In this document: positions 8,763 through 16,850 of the stretch, in pieces
Numbering within the stretch: position 1 is the stretch's first letter
Layout: every line of letters starts with the position of its first letter
Source of the DNA: a virus
DNA: 44,940 nt
Direction: 5' to 3' (one strand)
IMG/VR virus record: IMGVR_UViG_3300048836_000035
Notes under the pieces: model-generated
What the model was told of the DNA's origin: nothing
The model's input: the letters and a program-made list of their open reading frames with translations, nothing else
Databases searched by the model: none
Made by a program: the position numbers and the translations under genes

Positions 8763-11294
8763 ATGCAAACGTACGTAGTCAAGGCTCCCGACGGTACTGA
8801 ACTCCGGCTCCAAGGGCCGGAGGGTGCCGACCAAGCTACCATCATGGCGAAGGCCAAGGCCCTGTGGGCCAAGGCTAAGGCAGCCAATCCTGAGGACGCG
8901 GGCATCCGGGCACAGCCCCGGCGTGCTGGCGGCCCTAAGACTGCCGCAGAGAATCGCCCCGTTACTGGGGCGGGGCTGATCCAGTTCAACGAAACCGAAG
9001 ACGCGATCATCCGTGAGAAGGCTGGTGGTAACAAGCAGAAGGAACACTTCCTGCGCTTGATCCCCACGATTGAGTGGCGCGGCAACGCAGAGCGTATGCG
9101 CTCTAACCAGCTGTCTCCTAAGAACGCGGCGGGGGCCTACCAATTCATCCCGAGTACAGCTAAGCTGTTCGGGTTGAAGAACCGCTTTGACTTCGGTGAG
9201 TCAGCGGAGGCTGCCAGCAAGTACTACGACTACCTTGAGAAGCAGTACAAGGGCAACTGGGACGCCATGCTGGCGGACTACAACGGCGGTCCTGAGCAGG
9301 CTAAGAAGGTGCTGGCTGGCCAGCGCCCGGTCGACGAGACTGCCGAGTACCTTGAACTAGCCAACCACTACGGTCCTCGTTTCATCGAGGACACGAGTCG
9401 TCGTGCCTACACCACGCAGACTATGCCGGAGCCGGGTCAGGTCGACTACGAGAACGTGCCGGAAGGCCCGATCAAGTTCGACCCCATCAGCCGCAAGGGC
9501 AAGGTTGCGGTCGGCGCTCTTGACGTAGCTACCACCGCCGTCTCAGGACTGGCGGGAATGGCGGCAGGCGGCCTCTTGGGCCTAGCAGCTATCCCGTTCG
9601 TCGGGATGGAGGGCGCGGATAAGGTCGTCAAGACCGTGCAGGACACAATGACGTGGAGTCCGAAGTCGGACTATGGCAAGGCGTTCTTCAACGCCCTCTC
9701 TCCCGTGGCGGAGACCGTCGATGAGAAGGTGAAGGACACCTCCATGTACCTAGGCCGGGGAAACCCGGTCGCTGCTACTGCCATCGAGACCGGCGCTAAC
9801 GCGGTCCTGATGCTGGTGGGTCCGGGTTCCGTCAAGGCAGGCATCAAGGCGGGCCTAGCTACGTCTGCCGCCAAGGGTGGCGGTGTGAAGGGCGCAGCGG
9901 CGGGCCTCGTGCAGGGCGCTAAGACCACAGCTGCCGAATCTACGCTAGGCAAGATCCACGCGAATCAGGCGGAACGTGCAGCGCAGCAGGCCAAGATCAA
10001 CAAGATAGCCGCAGAGTTGCAGGAGAACGCCAAGGCCCTAGGTATCGAACTCCGCAGGGACAAGATCCACGAGTCCGTCCGCCGCTTGGCGGAGGGCCAG
10101 TCCTCGCCTGTGCGCGGTGCTGGCTTTGAGATGATCTCGAAGGAAGCCAACGCGGCCCGCCTACGTGAGAAGTCTCTGGTCAATCGCCTGTGGGACAAGT
10201 TCCGTGCCCAGCCGCACTACACCGACGTGTCGTGGGCAGGCGGAACTGCGGACCTGTTGGCCAAGGAACTGTCTGCTGACGGCTTCCGGGTCTTCGAGTC
10301 CCAGCCCATCATGGCGGCGCTGGAGGATCTGCGTGGTCTGAACACCCGCATTACCACCCAGCTGAACAAGAAGGGCACGGGCTATCGCACGGCTCCGAAG
10401 AACATCCCGATCAAGCGCCAGCAGCTTAACGAGTTGCAGGCGATCCGGGAGCGGCTGATCAAGGCAGCCAAGGCCAACCGGGATAATCCGGATGGCGCGG
10501 CTATCTCCCGTATCGGCACGAAGCTGGACGAGATGCTGGACCAGCAGTTCAAGGCTGACGCGGCTCAGGGGTTGGATGCCCCGTGGCAGGCATGGAAGGA
10601 AGCGCAGGACGCGTACTCCTCGTACAAGAACAACTGGAACGAGTTTAAGGCTGTCCGCGATATCATCGCTGACCCTGACATGACTCCGCAGAAGTTGGCC
10701 GATACGATCCTTGGCACTAGCTCGTTGCTTGGAGGCAAGCAGGCTAGTCGGTTGTACGACCATCTGATGCAGCTTACCGGCAACACCCCGAACATGAAGA
10801 TCGCGGTGCAGGGCTCGGTAATGTACGACCTGATGAAGCCGTTGCTTGACAACCCGAACCCAACGCGGGGCAACTATCGGGCTGTGGCGAACAACATCCG
10901 GCGCTTCCGCAAGGAGAACCCGGAGTTGATCAAGGCCATGGGGATCAAGGACAAGGACCTCGTGTCCATCCAGCACGCGGCTCGGGCGGCCGAGCACACC
11001 AAGCTGGGCGATCCTATCGGCCTCATCGACACGGCGCTTGCTGGCATCAACCGGCATCTGGTCGGCCACGAGATCGCACAGGCAGGCTTCCGGGTCAAGC
11101 TGGCTGAGAAGGTCCTGAACAAGGTCCTCAAGAGGGACGCTACGTCTCACAGGGAAATGCTCCGGGAGTTCGCGGGCATCACCGAGGAGCCCATCACGTC
11201 GGCTATCTCTAAGCAAGCTCTAGCGGAAGCGATGATCCGGGGCGAGCTTGCTAACCAGTACCAGAACTTAGCCGAATGGGGCGACGACTACTAA
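8763..11294 (+). CDS. Internal virion protein with N-terminal lytic transglycosylase (SLT) domain
   Basis: ATG 8763 follows aaggtgga. IEWRGN...AAGAYQFIPSTAKLFG...YYDYLEKQYKGNWDAMLADYNGG fits the SLT pattern. At 843 aa, its size and position resemble T7 gp16-type proteins. Confidence 0.7.
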   Translation: MQTYVVKAPDGTELRLQGPEGADQATIMAKAKALWAKAKAANPEDAGIRAQPRRAGGPKTAAENRPVTGAGLIQFNETEDAIIREKAGGNKQKEHFLRLIPTIEWRGNAERMRSNQLSPKNAAGAYQFIPSTAKLFGLKNRFDFGESAEAASKYYDYLEKQYKGNWDAMLADYNGGPEQAKKVLAGQRPVDETAEYLELANHYGPRFIEDTSRRAYTTQTMPEPGQVDYENVPEGPIKFDPISRKGKVAVGALDVATTAVSGLAGMAAGGLLGLAAIPFVGMEGADKVVKTVQDTMTWSPKSDYGKAFFNALSPVAETVDEKVKDTSMYLGRGNPVAATAIETGANAVLMLVGPGSVKAGIKAGLATSAAKGGGVKGAAAGLVQGAKTTAAESTLGKIHANQAERAAQQAKINKIAAELQENAKALGIELRRDKIHESVRRLAEGQSSPVRGAGFEMISKEANAARLREKSLVNRLWDKFRAQPHYTDVSWAGGTADLLAKELSADGFRVFESQPIMAALEDLRGLNTRITTQLNKKGTGYRTAPKNIPIKRQQLNELQAIRERLIKAAKANRDNPDGAAISRIGTKLDEMLDQQFKADAAQGLDAPWQAWKEAQDAYSSYKNNWNEFKAVRDIIADPDMTPQKLADTILGTSSLLGGKQASRLYDHLMQLTGNTPNMKIAVQGSVMYDLMKPLLDNPNPTRGNYRAVANNIRRFRKENPELIKAMGIKDKDLVSIQHAARAAEHTKLGDPIGLIDTALAGINRHLVGHEIAQAGFRVKLAEKVLNKVLKRDATSHREMLREFAGITEEPITSAISKQALAEAMIRGELANQYQNLAEWGDDY

Positions 11295-11296
11295 TC

Positions 11297-11638
11297 ATGA
11301 GTCTCAGAAAGAAGCAGAGTGAGTTCGCCAAGCTGGTCGCGCGCCTGATCGACAAGGCGCACGAACTGGGGTACGAGATCACGTTGGGCGACGCCTACCG
11401 GGATCCTCGGGCACACGGGGCGTTGGGGGTACGCAAATCGTACTCCCACCCCAACTCGGCGCACAAGGTCCGTCTGGCCATAGACCTCAACCTGTTCAAG
11501 GACGGGGAGTTCTTGGAGCAGACGTCGGACCACCAGCCCCTCGGGGAGTGGTGGGAGAAGCAGCACGAACTGGCACGGTGGGGCGGTCGCTTCAACGACG
11601 GCAACCACTACAGCTTTGAACACAACGGGGTGAAGTGA
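11297..11638 (+). CDS. Endolysin, peptidase M15 (VanY / L-Ala-D-Glu peptidase-like)
   Basis: ITLGDAYRDP...SYSHPNSAHKVRLAIDLNLF...WGGRFNDGNHYSFEH carries the H-x6-D...H zinc-peptidase pattern. Confidence 0.8.
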   Translation: MSLRKKQSEFAKLVARLIDKAHELGYEITLGDAYRDPRAHGALGVRKSYSHPNSAHKVRLAIDLNLFKDGEFLEQTSDHQPLGEWWEKQHELARWGGRFNDGNHYSFEHNGVK

Positions 11639-12060
11639 TGAACGTCCTAGACGTGATGAAGGCCCTGTTGGGCAAGGGGATTGCGGAGCCGGTGGCCACG
11701 TACTTCACCCGCAAGGCGGAGCTTAGCGCGGCTAAGCACGAGGCCAAGCTGAAGTTCGAGACGGCTAAGGGGGAGAGGCAGGCGGACTTGATCAAGGCCG
11801 GCCTTGCGGCGGACGCCACGTGGGAGATCGAGCAGATCAAGAATAGCGGATGGAAAGACGAGTACGTACTTATCATCCTGAGCATCCCGTCCATCCTCAG
11901 CTTTGTACGTACAAAGTGGTTCGACGGTGCGGAGATAGTGGCCAACGGCTTTGCGTCGTTGACGGCCACGCCCCAGTGGTACCAGTGGTTGATCCTGCTG
12001 GTCTTTACAGCAACGTACGGCATCCGCGTGTGGCGACGTCAACAGTTCGACACGGAGTAA
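11638..12060 (+). CDS. Holin-like membrane protein
   Basis: TGATG overlap with the endolysin gene. Two C-terminal hydrophobic segments (YVLIILSIPSILSF, WYQWLILLVFTATYGI). Confidence 0.45.
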   Translation: MNVLDVMKALLGKGIAEPVATYFTRKAELSAAKHEAKLKFETAKGERQADLIKAGLAADATWEIEQIKNSGWKDEYVLIILSIPSILSFVRTKWFDGAEIVANGFASLTATPQWYQWLILLVFTATYGIRVWRRQQFDTE

Positions 12061-12063
12061 CCT

Positions 12064-13077
12064 GTGGCACTTCCAACAACCAACTTAGTCTACCATCTGT
12101 CTGCGGCGAGTTACGCCACTAAGATGTTCACGGGCCTCGGGTCCGGTGCGGTGTCTGTGGGCAGTGAAGTTCGGCGCTGGGTAAACGAGCTTGATGCTCG
12201 TTATGTTCAGGCCCCCGCTGACGCGCAGCGGCCCCAGCTTGTCGACGGATTCGGTGGACGGCCAGTAGTCGAGTTTACTCCTGCGAACAGCGACGGCTTC
12301 GATTTAAGCGCCAACTATAGTGACTTAACGTCGGCTAGTAAAGCCTTCACTATGTTCTTAGTGGTACAGCTAGCTGCCCTTCCTACGGCGGAAGGCTACG
12401 AATTGATGATCCACCCGTCCGGGTTATTCGACTGGAGAATAGCTCAGAACGGTAATATGACCGCGTTTGTGTACGACGGATCTCCGAAGACATCCGGAGC
12501 TAAGGCCGTCACCGCGGCCACGCCTCACGTCTTGTCGATGCGATGCTCGGGCGACGGAGGCACTGTTAAGGTCGGAGTAGATGGTGTCGAGGGTACGGCG
12601 AGCCCCGCTATCGGGTCCATGTGGTGGGACACGTCTACTCCCGCTCCCATAATGCGCTCTAACTACGCCAAGTTCAACGGCCAGATGGCCGCGCTTGCTG
12701 TGTACAACGTCGCACTGAACGACACGGACTTTGCCGCCACGGTGGCGGCCCTTACGGAGGACTATGTCACTCCGGCCATCACGATCCCGGATGTAGCGAG
12801 TACGTTTCGCGTTGCCAAGCAGGTGTACGCTCTCTCGTCTGTGTCCGGCCTGCGCAAGTGGGTGGACTATATTCCTGTAGCTGTACCAGAAGGGGAAGTT
12901 GCAGCATCGGACGTGGGGTCCTACAACGACTCTGGATGCTTACATACTACCGGCCTGAGCAGCGTGTCTGGGCTGCGGGCGTGGGTAGACTACACCCCGG
13001 TGTACGTGGTCACGGCCACGGCTGGCAAGCAGTGGCGCACGGACGACGACGGCTGGATCCCGGTCTCGGACGTGTAA
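12064..13077 (+). CDS. LamG/concanavalin-like domain protein with duplicated C-terminal SSVSGLR-x-WVDY-x-PV motif
   Basis: GTG start. FNGQMAALAVYNVALNDTDF is typical of LamG_3 C-termini. The motif occurs as LSSVSGLRKWVDYIPVAV and LSSVSGLRAWVDYTPVYV. Confidence 0.5.
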   Translation: MALPTTNLVYHLSAASYATKMFTGLGSGAVSVGSEVRRWVNELDARYVQAPADAQRPQLVDGFGGRPVVEFTPANSDGFDLSANYSDLTSASKAFTMFLVVQLAALPTAEGYELMIHPSGLFDWRIAQNGNMTAFVYDGSPKTSGAKAVTAATPHVLSMRCSGDGGTVKVGVDGVEGTASPAIGSMWWDTSTPAPIMRSNYAKFNGQMAALAVYNVALNDTDFAATVAALTEDYVTPAITIPDVASTFRVAKQVYALSSVSGLRKWVDYIPVAVPEGEVAASDVGSYNDSGCLHTTGLSSVSGLRAWVDYTPVYVVTATAGKQWRTDDDGWIPVSDV

Positions 13078-13403
13078 TGCGGCGGGTCTCCGCCCTGTGG
13101 GAGATCTGGCACGAGTGCAACGATAGGTGGTTCGGGGGTAAGCTACGGCCCCCGACCGCCATCCGGATCACCCGCGCCAAGAAGTACGACGGTACCCTGC
13201 TCGTCACCGTCTCGGAGAACGACGAGATCATCCGCAACAAGATCATGATATCTGCCCACGTCAAGGACGTGCTAGGTGTCATGCTCCACGAGATGATCCA
13301 CCAGTACCAAGTGTTCGTCTTGAACGAGGACCCTGACCACGACGGAGCCTTCCGCTGCTACGCCAAGTACCTTGAGCGCCAGACAGGCGCGACCGTCAGA
13401 TAA
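13077..13403 (+). CDS. SprT-like zinc metalloprotease-domain protein
   Basis: TAATG overlap with the previous gene. Has an N-terminal WFGGKL pattern and an HEMIH (HExxH) motif. Last gene of the rightward block. Confidence 0.6.
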   Translation: MRRVSALWEIWHECNDRWFGGKLRPPTAIRITRAKKYDGTLLVTVSENDEIIRNKIMISAHVKDVLGVMLHEMIHQYQVFVLNEDPDHDGAFRCYAKYLERQTGATVR

Positions 13404-13410
13404 AGATATG

Positions 13411-13453
13411 CCCCGCCACGTCATACGTATGACATGGCGGGGCTTTTTCTTTG
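13411..13453. terminator. Hairpin terminator at the convergence point of both blocks, with the palindrome inside the stem
   Basis: ccccgccaCGTCATACGTATGACAtggcgggg followed by ctttttcttt on the + strand. An A-run precedes it and tatctttatc follows it on the - strand. Confidence 0.8.
13419..13434. promoter_or_regulatory. Palindrome copy (cGTCATACGTATGACa), inside the terminator stem
   Basis: 14-bp core GTCATACGTATGAC is exact. Confidence 0.9.
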
Positions 13454-13628
13454 CCGCTATTTCTTAGTGCCGTTGAACCCGACAGGCAGGGCGGCTCGGA
13501 TCTGAGCCGCATCCTCCTGCCTCAGGTTCGGGAACCGGGTTGCCAACCACTGAGCTAGGCCGTCGGGTTTCACCCCTCTGCGCCACTTCATGATGTGCAG
13601 GTGCGTTGCAATCTTCTGCGCGAACCTC

Positions 13629-14126
13629 TCATGCATCTATCCACGTCGTGTATCGGTCCCACGCCTCCCGTGTATAGAGCCCGTACGGGTGCTCGATGTG
13701 CAGCTGCCTCGCGTTCTCGGCCCAGATGTAATCGTACTCACAGTTCATGTGGTGGCACAGACTCTCTAGGCTGGATCGCAACGGATGGAAGATATCCTCG
13801 TACCAGAACACGGGCAGGTTGTTACCCGTGGCGAAGTCGTACAGCTTCCTGTCCCACTCCCCCACGTCCTCCATAGTGACTGAGTGGTTCAGCTTGACCA
13901 GAGAGCGCCACGCCGAGGTCGGGTCCCGTAGCAGCACGCAAGCTGGTCCCTCCCCATACTTGCGCCACGCCTTCTCAGGATTGTACGCAGCCCCGGTGTC
14001 TACCACCCCGGCGTTAGGCCCCCACAGGAACGGATCCCGGTGCAGGATCGGATCGTGCAGGTACCCGAGATACGACGCTAGCCACGCGCTTCCGCTTCGT
14101 GGGAGCGCCAGTACTACCGGACGCAC
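13629..14126 (-). CDS. Sulfotransferase-like P-loop protein (tentative)
   Basis: GTG start. The N-terminal LALPRSGSAWL resembles the 5'-PSB loop of sulfotransferases. 165 aa. Confidence 0.35.
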   Translation of the reverse strand: MRPVVLALPRSGSAWLASYLGYLHDPILHRDPFLWGPNAGVVDTGAAYNPEKAWRKYGEGPACVLLRDPTSAWRSLVKLNHSVTMEDVGEWDRKLYDFATGNNLPVFWYEDIFHPLRSSLESLCHHMNCEYDYIWAENARQLHIEHPYGLYTREAWDRYTTWIDA

Positions 14127-14613
14127 CTACTGCCCCTCGGAGGTTAGTGAGGTACTCGGCGGTGTCTCGGAGCTTCTGTCGTTCCACGTGAAGTTGCTCG
14201 ACTCGTCTGCGATGATCAGCGAGTTGTTCCTCGATTGCTTCCAGCTGTCTACCCACTGCAACGAGCGAGGATTCGATCCCTGCTTCCATAGCCGCTTTAA
14301 CGCCTTCGACACCCTCCGTAACTGGTACTCCGCTTCCCCCGGACTGTTGGCTACTGGTACCTGCCCCGTCAGGTTCGCTACGAACAACTGGCGTCGGGCG
14401 AGGCGGCGGATTCTCTTTGCGGTCTTCCCTCTCACGATAGGAACTCCTTACTGCATTACACCATGTGATGATCTGGCCACGATCCAGCTTGCCGTCGATC
14501 TTCCCTCGAAGGGGACTTCCGTCCCCGAAGTCGAAGGTGAGGACGCCACCGCGTACGGTGGTGTGCCCCATTATCCGCTGGTCGCTGTCAACGATGTCAC
14601 TTACGTCGACCAT
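14014..14613 (-). CDS. Hypothetical coiled-coil protein (frame uncertain at 3' end)
   Basis: ATG 14613 follows gagg. Contains LEAIEEQLADHRRRVEQLHVERQKLRDTAEYL. Overlaps the next gene by 113 nt and competes with ORF 14127..14435. Confidence 0.4.
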   Translation of the reverse strand: MVDVSDIVDSDQRIMGHTTVRGGVLTFDFGDGSPLRGKIDGKLDRGQIITWCNAVRSSYREREDRKENPPPRPTPVVRSEPDGAGTSSQQSGGSGVPVTEGVEGVKAAMEAGIESSLVAVGRQLEAIEEQLADHRRRVEQLHVERQKLRDTAEYLTNLRGAVGASGSTGAPTKRKRVASVVSRVPARSDPAPGSVPVGA

Positions 14614-15352
14614 ACTCGCGCCTCAAGTAGCCCACATCCAGAGGCATAACAGCGTAGTCGCCGCTGCACACCCCGTTAAGAACCACAATGCCACGCCAGT
14701 GATCATTGCCTTGGAGACCCTTGTACTTCTCGTCGTGGAGATAGAAGGAACCAGCCACCAGACCGTGCCTCGTCCTTCCGGTAGGATAAACCCGATTGCC
14801 GTAGAGGAACCCTTGCTGGTGTCCCTGCACGAAGCTATCACCGATACGGTTGAGTCTGTTGTCAATGGAACCTCCGATTGAGTACGAGGAGTTCTGCTGC
14901 TGGAAGTAGTGCGAGTACACGATGCCGTGAATCCACACGCGCTCCAGAAACGGGTGGCACTCCCAATCCAGAGTGTCCAGATGGTCCATGCTCAAGGCCC
15001 CATCCAGCTTGGCGTCCGACTCGATAGCACGCTCAATCCGATTCTCGTGGTTCCCTCTCAGGATGACCTTACGGGGGCGGTACCGTGCCGTAGTGATACG
15101 GTGGTTGAGTCGTTCAAACGCTTCGTTGCCAACCTCAACGTCCCTGAGGTAACGCTTGCCCTCCATGCTCTTTGACCCGGCCCGGTCGTAGGACGACAGG
15201 CTGGCCATGTCCCAGTGGTCCCCCAGATGCACGATGACGTCCGGCTTGTACTGCAAGATGGCAGCACGCGCCCAGTCCAGATGATGAACCGGCTCGCCCG
15301 GACGGATCTGCGTATCGGGGATGATCAGATGGCGGTGGTGCCGCTTACTCAT
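14597..15352 (-). CDS. Calcineurin-like metallophosphoesterase
   Basis: Motifs IIPDTQ, HLGDHWD and LRGNHENR match metallophosphoesterase motifs I-III. Confidence 0.8.
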   Translation of the reverse strand: MSKRHHRHLIIPDTQIRPGEPVHHLDWARAAILQYKPDVIVHLGDHWDMASLSSYDRAGSKSMEGKRYLRDVEVGNEAFERLNHRITTARYRPRKVILRGNHENRIERAIESDAKLDGALSMDHLDTLDWECHPFLERVWIHGIVYSHYFQQQNSSYSIGGSIDNRLNRIGDSFVQGHQQGFLYGNRVYPTGRTRHGLVAGSFYLHDEKYKGLQGNDHWRGIVVLNGVCSGDYAVMPLDVGYLRREYGRRK

Positions 15353-15509
15353 TCGGCACCTTCGACGCCTGCTCGGCCTCCCGGTTCTCGACGTACTTGT
15401 TGAACTGGTGGATCACCTCGGCAATCTGCATCAGGTCTGCACCCTTAGCGTCGAACCGGGCACCGGCCAGCAGGGACAGTACAGCCTTCAACAACTGAGA
15501 CTCATTCAT
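15345..15509 (-). CDS. Hypothetical protein (54 aa)
   Basis: Start MNESQLL lies close to the upstream stop. Helical. Confidence 0.45.
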   Translation of the reverse strand: MNESQLLKAVLSLLAGARFDAKGADLMQIAEVIHQFNKYVENREAEQASKVPNE

Positions 15510-15855
15510 CGCGGAACTCCTTGGGGCGGTCATCGCCCTCTTGATACTTGGTCTCAAAGTGCACCAGCATCATGACGTTGCAGATGATGTGGGCTAGGTG
15601 CGACTTACCACTCTCTGGGTCGTTGCGCTCCCCCATCCAGTACCACCGGAACAGGTGGCGGAGTATGCACTCGTACGGAACAGACCACGGCATACCCTTG
15701 GCCCAATTCCACGCAGCGTACTTCACCGCCCCGTATTCCCACACGTCCACGACCTCCTTAAGAAGGTACAGTGGCATGAGACTCCACTTCGTCTTGTTGC
15801 TGTTGAAGCGGGCACCGCTGCCGCGCTCCTGACTGGCCACATCGCCTATGCTCAT
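15502..15855 (-). CDS. DUF5664-like protein (dATP/dGTP diphosphohydrolase N-terminal-like)
   Basis: ATGA coupling. EYGAVKYAAWNWAKGMPW...ILRHLFRW resembles that family, recalled from memory. Confidence 0.45.
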   Translation of the reverse strand: MSIGDVASQERGSGARFNSNKTKWSLMPLYLLKEVVDVWEYGAVKYAAWNWAKGMPWSVPYECILRHLFRWYWMGERNDPESGKSHLAHIICNVMMLVHFETKYQEGDDRPKEFRDE

Positions 15856-16088
15856 AGCTTCACCCTCTTGATCCTCGTGATAGCTACCTTGGGGATGGTA
15901 ATGATCTGGCACCACTGGCTTGTGGCCCGAGACCCGGCGAGCGTCAGCTCCCCCTCGGTGTCAGCAACCACGTACCCTAGACTCTCGCACGGCTCGGAGA
16001 CGAAGCTCTCGCCGTCGCTCCTCCAGCCCCGGAACACGGCCGAGTCCAGCCAGTTCACCAGCACCGCTGATCCTACTCGTCTAGCCAT
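15852..16088 (-). CDS. Hypothetical protein (78 aa)
   Basis: Start MARRVGS. Coupled to flanking genes. Confidence 0.45.
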   Translation of the reverse strand: MARRVGSAVLVNWLDSAVFRGWRSDGESFVSEPCESLGYVVADTEGELTLAGSRATSQWCQIITIPKVAITRIKRVKL

Positions 16089-16495
16089 TCTTTCGGCACC
16101 CCTTTGTCGGCCCACTTGAACCCATTCTTCTCGGCCCACTCCCAATACCGGGTCTTGGACCGGGCCGTGAGCTTGTTGTTCGGGTACATGAAGACCAGCC
16201 TCAGGTCGATCTCAGGATGCTGCTCCTTCACCAGAAGCAGCTTCTTCCTGTCGTCGGCTGTCAGCCTGCCCTTGCACTCGATGCGTATGTCTCCCACCTT
16301 GAAGTCGGGGGTGTACTTCCGAGTGTCGTGGACCTCGTACTTGAACACCTCAGACTCGTACTCGTAGGCTACGCCTTCTGCATCGAGAGCCGCCGCGACT
16401 CGCTGCTCGAACGCGGACCGGAAGCCTTCTGCTTGGGCTGCTCGTCGGACTGCGGTTCGGGCGTTGCTGCCACGGCGGGAACGATGTTTATGCAC
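16073..16495 (-). CDS. T7 endonuclease I-like Holliday-junction resolvase
   Basis: GFRSAFEQRVAAALDAEGVAYEYE...YTPDF...IECKGRLTADDRKKLLLVKEQHPEIDLRLVF...WAEKNGFKWADK parallels T7 gp3 almost motif for motif. Confidence 0.85.
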   Translation of the reverse strand: MHKHRSRRGSNARTAVRRAAQAEGFRSAFEQRVAAALDAEGVAYEYESEVFKYEVHDTRKYTPDFKVGDIRIECKGRLTADDRKKLLLVKEQHPEIDLRLVFMYPNNKLTARSKTRYWEWAEKNGFKWADKGVPKEWLDE

Positions 16496-16707
16496 TCGAT
16501 GGTCTCCAGATCAGCGGGGAGGATGAACTTGCCCTGACTCACGTAGATGGCGGCCAGCACTCGCTGGACCACAGCATCTAGCTCGGACAGCTTCGCAAGC
16601 TTGGCTGCCAGAGCGTCAGACAGTTCCGCCTGCCGCGTGTAGAAGTCATACTTACCCAGCGTGTAGCGGGTGCTGGTGACGTCATCCAGCGTGATAGCGA
16701 TCTGCAT
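16369..16707 (-). CDS. Hypothetical protein (112 aa)
   Basis: ORF with a low-complexity C-terminal tail. Overlaps the endonuclease start by 127 nt. Confidence 0.45.
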   Translation of the reverse strand: MQIAITLDDVTSTRYTLGKYDFYTRQAELSDALAAKLAKLSELDAVVQRVLAAIYVSQGKFILPADLETIECINIVPAVAATPEPQSDEQPKQKASGPRSSSESRRLSMQKA

Positions 16708-16850
16708 TACTTGAGTACTCCGATTGATGCAATGTCCACAAGGACGAAGGTTACGAACAGGAAGCCACCGGGCACGTCCCCTTTGACGAACGACGACCCG
16801 GCAACGGCAGCGTCAAGCAACGCCTTGACGAGCAACACCGCTGTTGTCAT
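16707..16850 (-). CDS. Small hydrophobic protein (47 aa, below track cutoff)
   Basis: ATG 16850 follows ggagggagg. TAATG coupling to the next gene. Sequence MTTAVLLVKALLDAAVAG...FLFVTFVLVDIASIGVLK. Confidence 0.4.
   Translation of the reverse strand: MTTAVLLVKALLDAAVAGSSFVKGDVPGGFLFVTFVLVDIASIGVLK

Noticed and set aside
14127-14435. ORF 14127..14435 as an independent gene.
   Set aside because: It lies entirely within ORF 14014..14613, which has the better start context. It is kept only as an alternative in the overlap finding, not called as a feature.
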